A DNA stretch of 64,000 nucleotides from positions 22,754,001-22,818,000 of the forward strand of contig OZ004611.1 of the NCBI GenBank assembly GCA_963924565.1. Reading direction: 5' to 3'. The stretch's first letter is position 1; the number at the start of each line of letters is the position of its first letter. The notes beneath the pieces were generated by a model, which was given only the letters and a program-made list of their open reading frames with translations, was not told where the DNA came from and did no database searches. The stretch comes from Ascidiella aspersa. Its lineage: Eukaryota. The position numbers and the translations under genes were made by a program. Positions 12,347 to 55,186 of this stretch are shown in pieces.

Positions 12347-12677
12347 CAGGGATTATCTGGGGTCCACGGGGGAACGTGAACTCTTATTAGGCGGTCCATG
12401 TATGCCCAATTGAAGGATTGGTGTGTATCTAAGAAGTAATCCAATTTCCAAAGAAAAGAGTTGAATTAAAAAATAAAACATTTTTGCACTGAATGTATTC
12501 AGACTTCATTTCACTTTCACATTTTTGGACCGAAAACAGCAGATTTCTAAAGTTCATTTGTATTGTGACGTAACTGTATGACGTCTTTTCTAAAAATTTC
12601 TTTCCTTATGTGGTCCATGCTCCATGCATAACAAAAAAATTTTAGGAGCCCGTGGTAAAAAAGTTTAAGAAACCCTG
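12347..12677. mobile_element. hAT-type MITE just 3' of the SCO1 stop codon
   Basis: CAGGG...AAGAAACCCTG ends; TSD ATCTAAAA/ATCTAAAG. Confidence 0.7.
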
Positions 12678-12699
12678 ATCTAAAGAGATGAGTTCTTCA

Positions 12700-15600
12700 T
12701 CAACCATGCAACCGCTTGTAGTTCAACATACTCTTCTTGATGCCAGAGGCGATATCGTCTTTTGACACGGACCTCGATCCGAAATAATCAACGAAATTGC
12801 CTTGCGGGTTCATGAGGTACATCACGATCGTGTGATCAACCTAAACACATATTTATCAAATGACATCACGAATCTGAAAACTTTACAAGCTATACTTTAC
12901 GCCAGGGGTCCGCAAATAGGGGGTCGCGGGACCATTCAGTTTGAGTCGCAAAAGCCTTATTTATAGCTGCCTATATTTGGTAAGTTTTTTAATTGTTTCC
13001 ATTAGTACACTGAATTATATACAAGAGAGTCGTCTTACTTTGAGCGCGACTAGAATTGTCACGCGAAGTATATACATTAAGCCCCGTAAAATGTCGCGAG
13101 ACCTTCGTTCGATCCAGGTGATGGGAAAGAGCGATTGAACCAACACTATTTTGGCGATTACCAAACCAAACTGACCTACTTACCGCAATCTGGGTTTACT
13201 TCCTAGTATGTGTTTTTAAAACACTTTCTTTCCGGTTTATGTAACCAAAATGTTGTTCTCGTAAAATTTAAATATGCAAATTTAAATCGAATAAATATTT
13301 TTTTGCGTAACGCGAAATGTAATGAGCATTATTGTCTCTATTAATATTAACATTTTTGCTAACATAAACTGCTTAACCAGGTTATGCATTTTTTTCACGA
13401 ACTTTAACGATATAAACAAGCTATTATAAGACGCTTTATGCGAATCTTTATGTTTGCGGAAATATTTTTGTGTGGTCAAGCGTCGTCCACCCTCTTAAAT
13501 GGAAAGTTTTGCCAATCTGGTTGCGTTTGGCGCATTGAGTTAGGCTGGACAAAGCAGGGTATTTAACGTCCTTGTGTTAAAATATCGCGTTTTGGTTTAA
13601 ATTTGTTACATCATGTCTTGAAACAGAGGTCGGCAACATACGGCCCGCAGGCTGAAACCGAGTGAAAATCATCTAGCCCGCAAACTCTTTTACAAACTGT
13701 ACACAAGGCGATGCTCAAAATTTTTAACAGTTTTAACTATACGAAAATGCACAAAAAAAAAACATTTCGTGACCCGCGCGTATCTAATTTGACTTTGAAT
13801 TATATTTGCGTTTTGATGGAATCTTCTTAAACCAAAGGTGACGTGCGCACGACAACTATATAAGGAAATTTTTCGTAGCATGAAACCCTCTAAAATCCAT
13901 TTTTTTCCAAATTAATTGGCTGATGTTATTTTTTTATGATATGTTCATATTTTATTTTGTGTGCGGCAAATGCGTCACGTCTCCTTGTATATTAAAAGGG
14001 GAATTGGTTGGGATGCAACCCCGGGAACCCATATTGGGTGCGTAATCATATTTGTCATCCTAACAATACATCACAAGTAGTAAAAGTCAAGGCTTCTTTA
14101 TAGTTGTGTTACAGAACACTCTCTCTTTAAAAATGAACAAACCGCATCACACAGATTTGTCTTAATAAATAGAAACACAATAGGTTATTAAAAACAACTC
14201 GAAGTATTTGGGTCGCGAGACCTCAGTACTAGTAATTCTGGGTCGCGCTTAAAAGTATTTGCGGACCCGTACTTTACGCGACTTTACAACCGATAAATTA
14301 AATAGGTTTCATATTAACCAGTTGGTATCTGGTTGTTTAATACCTTTTTTATTACACCATTTGGTCAGTAAATAGAAAAGGTTGGATACTTGGTTTTTTT
14401 TTGATACAGTCTCATCGGATACTAAATGACTTAAATTAGCAAAATGGATCAAATTTAAGTCTTACGCAATTAGCAGGGCCGACTCCCTAATCTGACTCCG
14501 GCCAAAAAAATAAACCCCAGTCAGCTCCCGAGTCCCAAATCATAATACATGATTGGAAATATTCACCATGCTATTCCACCTTTACAATTTGCAGCTTGCG
14601 GTAATATCAGTTCCAAAAGTCAGACTCGGGTAGTTTTACATGGTCTTACTCCAGCAAAAATAAACCGACTCCGATGAGTCCCGAGTCCGACTTCGCAGCC
14701 CTAGCCATCAGGGCCTTGTACAAGTACTAATACTATGCCAACTGCTAGGGACTGGATTACAGCAAAAATATACTAACAATATAATCGTTGTCGTCGTCTT
14801 TAGGTCCAGCGCTGAAATAAACGCGGAAAGCCTTGGTGGCTTGCTTTATGTTCTGCTTGGTTCCAGTCAATCCTACAAACTTCGGATGGAACTCTTTCAC
14901 ATAACTTTTCACAGCCTCCGGCGTGTCACGCTCTGGGTCAACCGTAATAAACAAGGGCAACAGATCCGGAATGCTTTTGTCTGCATCTGTTAAAAAAAAC
15001 TTGAATTAAGGTTGGCATTAAATTAAAATTTACACTTTTTGGCGGTCTGGCGAGTGCTTACCAAGTAACACTGGCCAAAAATATCGGCATGTCGTCTTCG
15101 AATTTCGGTCCGCCAAAATTGCTTTTTTATTTAACCTGCCTTAATACTATTTCGGTGCGATACACAGTTCTTAAAGACAAATCAGCAAGTTATTTCGCGC
15201 ATAGAAATACAAACAGAAAGTTATATGCTAACACTAACTAACGTTTTTTATCGGAAACCCACACGCCCACAACTGCACAAGTTGACTAATACACGATATT
15301 TTGACTATTGATCAATCCTTGAACAGACTCGTGGATTTATAGTCATTACAAACGTCCTACGCAAAGTAATAAAAATTGATTTTCTCTTTGACAGTTCGAG
15401 TCAAGTAGTTCTACCGTAATACCATAAACACTCAAACAGGGCGACTTTTAAAACGTTTCTTTTTTATCGGTCTTGGTAAACCATTATTATTTCGTGAGCT
15501 TTTGTTATGATTTCCGCTGCGCAAAATCTCTTCCTGGGAAATATTATTAAACAAATCAGATGCTCAGTAAACTAACTAGTCCTACACTACGAGACTGTTT

Positions 15601-18600
15601 CGTGTGTTTATAAAAATATTTGATGCGTAGCACTTTTTACGACATGCGATGCGTTCGGTTAATTTCTTGTTGTAGTTGAACAAAAGTACATCTTAAGCGA
15701 CTAAATGAATCATTTGGTTTTCAGTCTCTAAAGTTGAATATAATTTGTTACATATCAATAAATTTAAACCTTCAGTAGGACTAATTTTTTGGTTATCAAC
15801 TAATTTTTTGTTAAGGGCCCTCGGGCGAGCCAGTCGGACTAATGGGTGTCTATCAGTACTACTACATTTCATCAAACGTATTCTTGTTTAATGATTACAA
15901 CAAAATATTTGACCAGATAAATAAAATGTAAGCTTTTTAAGGTTTTATCAAAATTTTAACCACACCTACCGATTGTGTCAATGATTTCAGCCATTTTTTC
16001 CAGTTCTTCGGGGCAAATATCCGGGCAATGTGTAAAGCCGAAATACAATAGCAACCATTGGCCCATGAAGTCCTGTTTGCTGACAGTTTTGCCTGTTTAA
16101 AATATTTTTAGAATGTAAACAAAGTTGATTGTATTGCATTAAATTATTTCTTGTTTGACCCGTTCAACCAATTTTAAGTTTAAAGCAGTGGTTCTCAACC
16201 TTTTTTTCACCGCGTACCACCTCGAGCTTCTATGATCTTGTTACGTACCAACAAATTGTTGACAAACTCAACTTTACTCAAAATGTATATAGGATTGTTA
16301 ACAAGGGTGGATTAGACAATTAGTTAGCCCGGAAATCTCAAAACAAATGCGGCCCACCTCAAAAAAAAAAAAACATACTGCGTACAGCGTACCACCCAAA
16401 ATGACTTCGCGTACCACTAGTGGTACGCGTACCACAGGTTGAGAACCACTGGTTTAAAGGTTGTCAATTTGGTATCGTCAATAAATCGTCAAAATTTAAC
16501 AACATTTATTGACATGTCAATGGTTAATCCGGATACCAAAATTCATGAATTTTATTTCTTTGGAAATCAATTTACCTTCCAATATGAGAATGTTTTTTGG
16601 ATATTACTGTTTTGTGGACATTAATTTGTCCATGGCAATTATCAACTAATCAGAGTCATTTAACAGAAATACATTCTAGTTGTCTTAAATTAATGTTTTT
16701 ATGTCAAGCCTTATTTTATATTAATACTGTTACAAACATTATTCATGAAAGGTCATTGCATAATTAAGTCGTAATAAAAATGAATGTATCCAGTCTTCAC
16801 CAAAACAGGGTTGATTATTACCACATTTACAAAATCAAATTACTGATAAATAGTATAAATCAAAAACAGCTTCTCTGGTAATTGTAATTGTTAACCAACG
16901 TTTCGGCAACCTATACAAGCCGCCTTCGTCAGGGTGATTGACACTGAACATAGGTTTCATAGTTCAGTGTCAATCACCCTGATGAAGGCGGCTTGTATAG
17001 GTTGCCGAAACGTTGGTTAACAATTACAATTACCAGAGGAGCTGTTTTTGATTTATATTATCATGCCTGGTAGCAACACTTTATATACTGATAAATAGAT
17101 AGCATAAAACATTAGTGTAAAATTAAAATACCTGTGTGGTCAATAAGCTGATAATCATCAGCACCGATGTCAACTTTACTTAGTTGCTCTTCCCTTTGAA
17201 CAGCTTTTTCTTAGAAAAGAAATTGTGTTTAATATAATTATTGTCAGGTTCTACCATTATAAATTTTAATTATGTGAAATGTTTACATGGTTACTTACTA
17301 TCTTTTTTAATTTTGTTCGCACAAAAGTAGATTATTCCCCAAACTGCAAGAATTGCAGATATGATGGCGACTCTCTTTGCAATAGGCATACTGGGTTCTG
17401 CTTTCTTTGCTTCTTCAAACACTTTCTCTGCATTTTCATTTTTTGAGTGATTATCGCTATTTTTAGAGTCTGATAGGTTAAGTCCCGTAGTGGTGATTTG
17501 CCTTTGCTGAAACACTGTGCTTCCTGCAAAATGTTGGTTTGTGTCAGTTGCAAACACACTAAAAAGTCTTCCACAAGCACAACTGGGCGCAATGGGTGGC
17601 TTCCGATAAACCTGGAAAATGAAACTGTTGATTCACTTCACATTGATAAACTATTGACACACATATACCATATTGTAAAGTTTGGCAAAACCTTAAACCA
17701 CCAAAAATGGTTAATTCTTTAATGTAGGAGCAGTGTCTCAAGTAAAAAAATATCAAAAACACAATCCATGGCAAGCAAATTTGTGTTACAAACAAAAACT
17801 TAGTTTACCGCAATTCTATTAAAACAATTAATGACAACAGTTAATTTCAAACCAAGTTATTTCATCCAACTGGACTTGAGTCATACTTGAGTTATTTGTC
17901 CAAAGGATCTTTAAAAGTCAAAGTCAAGTTATCGTTCCAAAAAGACTTTTCAAGTCAAGTCAAGTCATTTAAAAACAGTGCCTTATGTGTATTTAAGTAA
18001 GTCATTACAACACTGCGCTGGTATAGTACTTTGCAAGTTTTAGAAAATCATGTTATTTCAGCTACGCAATTCCAAAGTAATTTTATTTTAGCTGTGCGAT
18101 TTTAAGATGCATAACCTGAACATAGATCTTGCCGTTTGCCAATATTTATCCCATCTGCCACATATACACAAAGCTTTACTTGGGCAAATTTATTGTAAAA
18201 CAGGAATTCTTAACAAGTGCAAAGACACAATTGGGAGTTGGAACTGTCAAAAGATAGGCAAAAATCAGTCATTTTCGGGGACTTTGTGAAATCAACTACA
18301 AAAAGTATATAAAAATATATTGTGCTGGCCTATAATCCAACCACAATGCAGATTATTTGGGTTAGGTTGTGGGTTAACTTTTGGGTAGGTTAAGCAATAT
18401 TATTAAATAATAAATACGGTATAACATTTCTTGGCCCACCCTCACCCAAACGCTAATTGACATCCTAACCCAAATACTGTGCGTTGCTTTAATAATTGCT
18501 TCAACACTGTGGCAGGATTCTAGACCATCATCAAATAGCTATGCACAAATAAGGGTAAAGTATTTTTAGGTGACTATTTATGTTGAAACAACAACAATTA

Positions 18601-18692
18601 GTCTTAAATATTTGATTTAATGTAACAATCCACTTCACCTGGTGAAAAGCTTGGCGCCATACAAACTTTCGAATAGTCGTGCTACGAAACAT
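12700..18692 (-). CDS. SCO1: SCO1/SCO2-family mitochondrial copper chaperone for cytochrome c oxidase (305 aa)
   Basis: Exons 18692-18639 ([18 protein letters not shown], mitochondrial presequence-like), 17611-17299 (includes TM helix [16 protein letters not shown]), 17209-17132, 16092-15970 ([18 protein letters not shown], CxxxC copper site), 14986-14778 ([15 protein letters not shown]), 12840-12700 (VDHTIVMYL, conserved His ligand; stop TGA). Total 918 nt, all phases consistent. Confidence 0.95.
12903..14271. mobile_element. 1.37-kb non-autonomous hAT element in the last SCO1 intron
   Basis: TIRs CAGGGGTCCGCAAA / TTTGCGGACCCGTA; perfect TSD CTTTACGC; GGGTCGCG subterminal motifs; a second element end (CAGAGGTCGGCAAC..GGCCCGC) nested at about 13624. 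Confidence 0.75.
14474..14703. mobile_element. GACTCCG-motif MITE
   Basis: CAGGGCC..GACTCC repeats..CGCAGCCCTA; related copy at about 22915-23178. Confidence 0.5.
16186..16451. mobile_element. hAT-type MITE (young)
   Basis: Perfect 15-bp TIRs CAGTGGTTCTCAACC; perfect 8-bp TSD GTTTAAAG; internal CGTACCA repeats. Confidence 0.9.
16854..17085. mobile_element. Penelope/retrozyme-like insertion: inverted pair of hammerhead-bearing repeats with a 13-bp TSD
   Basis: Arms 16854-16949 and 16962-17057 are reverse complements (2 mismatches in 96 bp) around a 12-nt spacer. The right arm has a 28-nt extension. Direct repeat TACTGATAAATAG at 16841-16853 and 17086-17098. Confidence 0.8.
16970..17022 (+). 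ncRNA. Minimal type-I hammerhead ribozyme motif (mirror copy on the minus strand at about 16889-16941)
   Basis: CTGATGA (16979-16985), extra A, helix II GGCGGCTT/gtat/AGGTTGCC, GAAA (17007-17010), loopless palindromic helix III (AACGTT), NUH site GUU, short helix I ACC/GGT. Confidence 0.6.
18325..18529. mobile_element. Small TIR element with GGTTAGG/CCTAACC motifs in SCO1 intron 1
   Basis: GCTGGCCTATAATCCAACCACA is the approximate reverse complement of TGTGGCAGGATTCTAGACCA. The same right end occurs at about 53037-53059. Confidence 0.5.
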
Positions 18693-20972
18693 GTTTTTAG
18701 CAAACCATCAAAAACAATGTTGGTTAACACTATCAGAAGGGTCAAAATTATCAATTTACTGTAATAAAAGTTGTGTTTACATTTTGTTTTCAATATCAAT
18801 CAACCTTCTCACGTTTCACGCTTACTTTAATCCAAGGCGACAGAGTGGTTAAGATTTCGATTTTTAAATTTAATCTTTAAAAATAGTGTTTTGGGTGGAA
18901 GTCCTAAGGAGAGATTGACGGAGCCGGGGAATTAACGCAAGGGCTAGAGTCTTTGGAAGATCCGAGCATATTAGGGAAGTAGGATTGATTGAAATTTAAG
19001 TAATTTCATGTGCCTGGATCAAGGATCTAAAGTAGCTGGAACCGTTGATATAACTTGAGCGAAGTAGCGGTGCGCACGGCGCAACAGGCGGCCGTTAATA
19101 TAACTTGTGCACTTCTTTAAAAAAACGCAACTGTTAGCGGCTGTATGTCAAAACAAACTTCAACTTGATGCGGGAATTTGTCTCGACATGGTAAAAAACA
19201 ACATTGGAAAAGAGAATCAGATAAACATCATGAAACAAAATCAATTGCTAGCTACTAAAAAAATATTCTAGTTGTCTAAAGTTATTTTTTCAGAAGATGG
19301 TTAAAAGTTATGAATTTCAAAGTCGTTGATTAAAGCAAAGTTTAAATTTCAAACCCGTAGTTTGAACCTGTTTTTGCACAATGTCACCTGTCGTAACTGA
19401 AGTCTCAGGCAAAAAGTGCAAATCGACAATCCCCGCTGTCCGGCTTTTGTTTGAACATAAATCGAATATTTTCAACAGCTTGCGAAAGAAAGACTGCTAG
19501 ATCATTTGTCTGTAGATGCATTCAACTTAAATTACTTGGTTAGTTAGACAACCATGTAAAAGAGTACAATTGCACGTATTATATTATTTGGGTCAAAGCA
19601 CAGCACGCAATGAGCACAGCAAATCAATAGAAAAACGTGAACTGTATTGAAAGTCAAGGTCAATAAAGCATTCTTCATTACGGAATTCGATTGGAACCAA
19701 TAATAAGCAATTTGCTACATACAAAAATGGTAAAATTCAGCTCTAAATGCCGAGGTGTATTAACTATCACGATTAAGAGCAAGAAAGTCGTTTGAAAACA
19801 CAAGAAGCACTTTTGTTTGCCAGAAAGTTTTGCGTGGTTTCACATTGCGAACTGTTGAAACATATAAATGGATTTTTTTAAGAGAATTTGCGCGGGACTT
19901 ATTAATTGCTGTGGAGTGTATAGGCTTTACAAGATTGTAAGCTACAATATTAGCAATTGGGTACGATGTGACAGTTGTGACACCAATGAAAAAGGTGAAA
20001 AGAATACGTATATTTTACATACTGGATAGGAGACGTATATCTTGCATAATCGAAGGCTTCGTTATAGCAACGAGGGATAATGCAAAAATCGCGTACAACT
20101 GGAAGTGCGAGAAAATAAATAGGGAGAAAAAGAATACTTGATACAAAGCCTCAAATATGACAATAACGATTTTATAATAAGGAAAAGTGCATAGAAAGGA
20201 CCTGCAAAGGGATAAAAACTATTTGCTTACAGCGCTTTTGGAAATAAACTTGTAGGGAAGCCAAGCCTAAGGAAAATACATAGTAGATGCTTTTGCTGAA
20301 AGGAAGGTACATTATCTGTATAACTATATAGTGCAATACGAAACGGCGATAATCGTAGAATATTCAGTCGAATCGCTATATAAGCCCTACATAGTAATCT
20401 GCTTTCAATGACGCTTTGCAACCCATGAAAATCGACGCCATCAATACATTACTTTATAGTATAGGGAGAAACACATAAGTTGGTTGCAGCGGTGCCGCCC
20501 AATTCCAGACCGGTATTATGTTGTCGTAATGTGATCTAACTATGTTTTTAAAGAAATTTCTTCAGTCACATATTATTAAACTGAAAACCAATTAGACTTG
20601 TCCCACAACCAATAGGTATAAAGCCTTAAGATTTGAGGCGACGTTTCTATTTTGTAGGTTTACGCGTAACTATTTCCCCTTTTTCACTGTTGTTTTTGTT
20701 GCTAAAAGGACCGCTTTTAGACCAGCTTTGCTAAATAACTTGTGTCGTATAAAAAGTTTTTTTTTTCACATTTGAAGGCCAGCCAATAGAGTTGCATGGC
20801 ACAGCACAAAACACATAGAGCGTAGTCAAAACAAATTTGCAGTAAAATTGAAAGAAAATTGCCGCAACGCAAAATTTCCAATACAGCTCTTCAGTTAAAG
20901 TCGAGAATTGGCCCATGCTACCGCTTGTTATGTAGCCAAGCCGTTAACTTACGAGGCAAAGTTCTCTTCGTA

Positions 20973-51734
<30,762 letters not shown>

Positions 51735-52759
51735 TGGATTGCATATTCCATGTTTTGTATCTGTAAAAAACAAGAGTGGTGCAGAAACTAACAAATATAA
51801 CAATTGGTTTGGAAGCGGGCAATAATTCATAATTAATTATTATGTAAATGCAACAATTGTTTTTAGTTTTCCAGCAATTTACTGCTTGCGCTGATAAAAC
51901 CGAGTTATTTTAAATTATTTTTTTAGAACTTTTTTTTAAAATTATTTTTTTTAAGAACAAATGACAAAAGAAATATGATTTTTTGTGGAGACTCAAGATT
52001 GCAAAGTTTAGCCTTGAGCCCCACGACACTTTTAATAGAAAAAACATCATCAAAAATTTTTATATGCATGTATCAGCATATTAAAACCTTAAAAAACAGA
52101 CTGGTCAGTCCGTCAGTGGGAATGAGATTAAGCAAAACAAGAGCTGCAAGGCCTAACCTTTTAAAGTTTGAGACCTCTTCATACTTTGCATTGCTTCTTC
52201 TTCCATGTTAAGGGCAGTTTTATAATCTGCCATTTTTACTGAAATTCAATGCCCTATTTCGACATTTAAATCATTAGGAAGAACAGAAAACAAAAACAAC
52301 TATCTTTTTCATACATGCGTTTTAAGTTTTTAGACACTTGTTGTTTACAATATATTTCGACCAAACAAATCAGGAAAAAGCCAGGTACCACAATCTCATA
52401 TAAGGTAATCGAATTGAAGAAAAAATATTGCTTACATTACAAACAAATATTTAAAACTTACTAAATATGAATTAAATGGTTATATTCATTCAGTTCGTAT
52501 TATTATTATGTTATTTAATGTTTTGATTTTTTAATGTGGTATCTGGTTGTCCTATTTATTTGAGACATTAGCATTTGTTTTTATTTATTTATTTTTTTTT
52601 TCGCTAAATAGAATTTGCCACTTTTTTCAATAAATTTGCGTCGCATATAAACTTGGTATGTATTCTTTACTGAAAATACATTTACGTAACAAAAAATAAA
52701 TAAAACCATTTTTATATATTCTTATGTGCAGTTTTTAATTTTTTTCATGTGGCGTTAAA

Positions 52760-52850
52760 AAAAGATTTCCCGCGCGGTGGAGGACGCCATTTTTATTTTA
52801 TGTTCCACATGGTAATAGGACCGGTGATTGTTCGCCAGAAAAGGATGTGA
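52760..52850. promoter_or_regulatory. Probable bidirectional promoter between PI3K-C2 (-) and the Boule-like gene (+)
   Basis: Small CpG-containing patch in otherwise AT-rich DNA between divergent genes; CGCCATTTT (YY1-type AAAATGGCG on the minus strand) at about 52785-52793. Confidence 0.4.
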
Positions 52851-54334
52851 ATAGCTTTAAATGTATTAATTTCAGAATAGTAAAGGCTGTTAAACCAGCC
52901 TTAACACTTAATCCATATTTTTGGTTACAGTAATGAAGCGAGTCGTCAAAGTTTAATTTGAAGGAAGAAATAAAAATGAGAATTAATATAATAATAACAC
53001 TCGACCTACCCTAACCATAATAATGTTAAACAAATATGTGGTAGGATTCTAGACCAGCGCCATTGTTTGACATTATAATTATGTCGATAATAAAATATTA
53101 GTTTTTGTTAGGTTTGTTCTTTTTTTCTGGAATATGCTGTTTGCCCAATGTGTGATTATACCACTGAGTCTTGTTTGGATAAATTATTTTCGTTGATATT
53201 GTCGGAGATATGTATTCACTCTAAAAAACCATAAATCATTCTTATGTTTTTGCACTTTATCCCCCCCAAAAACAGACCTCAAAGTTTATGTTTTTTAATT
53301 GTAACAATCTTTCTGGACTAAAAACTATATTCCATGTCTAAAGTAATCCAAGATAGACTAAAATATGGGTGTTATAGAAATGAAAAAAATGTTTGGTGCG
53401 ATAGCTTAGAGTGGCAGCAGGCATAGAAATGGCAACTTCTTTATTGTAATAATCTTACGTAGGAGGTAGGACTCTTTATTGAAAACAAATTATTGTGCCT
53501 TTGTAATAAGAAAGATGGTGTGTGTACATGCAGCACAGTTTGTTATACCAAAATGCAGTAGGAGATGGCCTTTTAGTGGTGTTCAATCCTGTGGTAGATG
53601 TTAAAGCCAAGCTATACTGTTTAGCAGTGGTTCGTAATCTTTTTTCAAAAAGACCTAAAATTTATTAAAATATCCATCTGGTGTATCTTGTGACCCAAAA
53701 TTACATTATAAATAATGCATAGCAAAAAAAACAATTTGTATTTTAATACATTTTATGTGGTGCCTAACTTTTTACTACACAACAAACAAGCAAAAAATAA
53801 ATCAACTAAAATGGATGCCAATTTTGCAAACTAGAGACAACCTCCATCAGCACTAAAAATAACAAGCATGTCTTATTTTATAACAAAACAAAAAACCAAA
53901 GAAAGAGGCTATTAACCCGGACACCAAAGTAGGGCATAAATCACTAACAGGTTGCAATTTCTGTGATGCCCATTTTTGTGGACCTTTTTTTGTTTACTCT
54001 GTCTGTAAATTCAATTATTGGGCAACCCATACAGTGGAAAACACTGCTGAATAGTGTGTACTAGTGAATGTTGGACAACATTTTTATGATTATGTGATTC
54101 TTGATCAATTTTAATAACCTGCTGATGTAAAACATTTCAATTTAAAAATAACTAGTAAATTCAACTATGGATTTAAGACTTTAGTGTCCTGCAGTAAACC
54201 ACTTTAAAATTTTTAAATATCCACTCATACCATTGTACATTTTGTTAATAAATTTGAAAGAAATTGAATTTATTTTTAGATATTTTAAAGATTTTAGCCT
54301 GTCGAAAACTATTGTGTTTTGCTCGACCAGCAAC

Positions 54335-55186
54335 ATGGAAAAAGATAAAAGTGAAGAAGCAATGTTCAGCCTTTGCTTGCAAGAAACTCCCAGCTCTGTT
54401 ACGTCTATTTCTACCCCAACTTATGTTCCGCAGCCCATCAATCAAAAGTCTCACTTCATTCAGAATCGAATTTTTGTTGGCAACATCCCAGCCACGGTAA
54501 CTCAGCGCCGCATGACCAATATGTTCCGACGCTTTGGCGAGATTATTCAGATCAATATCATCGAGGACGGCCCAAGCTTTTACGCCTTTGTTACTTTTAG
54601 TAGCATCGATGCAGCAAATGCAGTGCTCAGTTTGTATCAGCGAGGCAGGGAATTTACAATGGACGGTTATGAGTTAAAGATCAATAGAGCATATTTCAGG
54701 CCCAAAAAGCTGAACAGTGTTTCCAAATATGACCAAAGAGTGCCAGTAGTTGTTCCCCAGAAAAGAGTAATAGAAAGATTTTGCCAGGGCACTACTTATT
54801 TCCAGCCAATGCCCTTGCCATTCACTGTCCCACTGCCACAATCAAACCTGTTTGAGGCCCACCAACGATATGCAAGTATGCCCCAACTCTCTGTAATTCC
54901 ACAGACAAAACATAACATCCTGCAGCCAGCTATGCCATTTGGCACCACCACTTCAAATAAAATCCCAATGCCTCCTATGTTTAACAAAGGCTATCAAGGA
55001 CAGAAGAATACAGTGCGGAATGAGCCCTTCAAAGGTGTGGATTATTCCCATATGCAGTTTGACAATGTCAAAACAACTCAAAACCCTCCTGAGACAGTTC
55101 TGCATCCCTTTGCTGGAGATTTGCATGCTGGCAATCATCTGAAAATTGGCAGTGTTTTGTGTTTTAACCCCAACTGTAAGTTTTAA
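54335..55186 (+). CDS. BOLL: Single-RRM RNA-binding protein, divergent Boule/DAZ-like, 283 aa, uninterrupted coding exon
   Basis: ATG in aacATGg context. RNP2-like QNRIFVGNI (Boule PNRIFVGGI), RNP1-like FYAFVTF, LKINRAYFRPKK after the RRM, GTTYFQP (cf. Boule GVAYFH), then a P/Q-rich tail. The RRM is certain; Boule orthology is inferred from motif recall. Confidence 0.7.
   Translation: MEKDKSEEAMFSLCLQETPSSVTSISTPTYVPQPINQKSHFIQNRIFVGNIPATVTQRRMTNMFRRFGEIIQINIIEDGPSFYAFVTFSSIDAANAVLSLYQRGREFTMDGYELKINRAYFRPKKLNSVSKYDQRVPVVVPQKRVIERFCQGTTYFQPMPLPFTVPLPQSNLFEAHQRYASMPQLSVIPQTKHNILQPAMPFGTTTSNKIPMPPMFNKGYQGQKNTVRNEPFKGVDYSHMQFDNVKTTQNPPETVLHPFAGDLHAGNHLKIGSVLCFNPNCKF

Noticed and set aside
12903-14271. 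Autonomous transposon (also 43116-44088)
   Set aside because: There is no transposase-length ORF, only short AT-rich ORFs.
15592-15612. Minus-strand ..CACACGAAACAGTC, like the 3' half of a hammerhead
   Set aside because: The CUGANGA half is absent, and the match is too short to support.
18693-20972. PI3K-SCO1 operon (same strand, adjacent)
   Set aside because: The 2.3-kb gap could hold a 3'UTR plus a promoter. Nothing in the sequence demonstrates polycistronic transcription.
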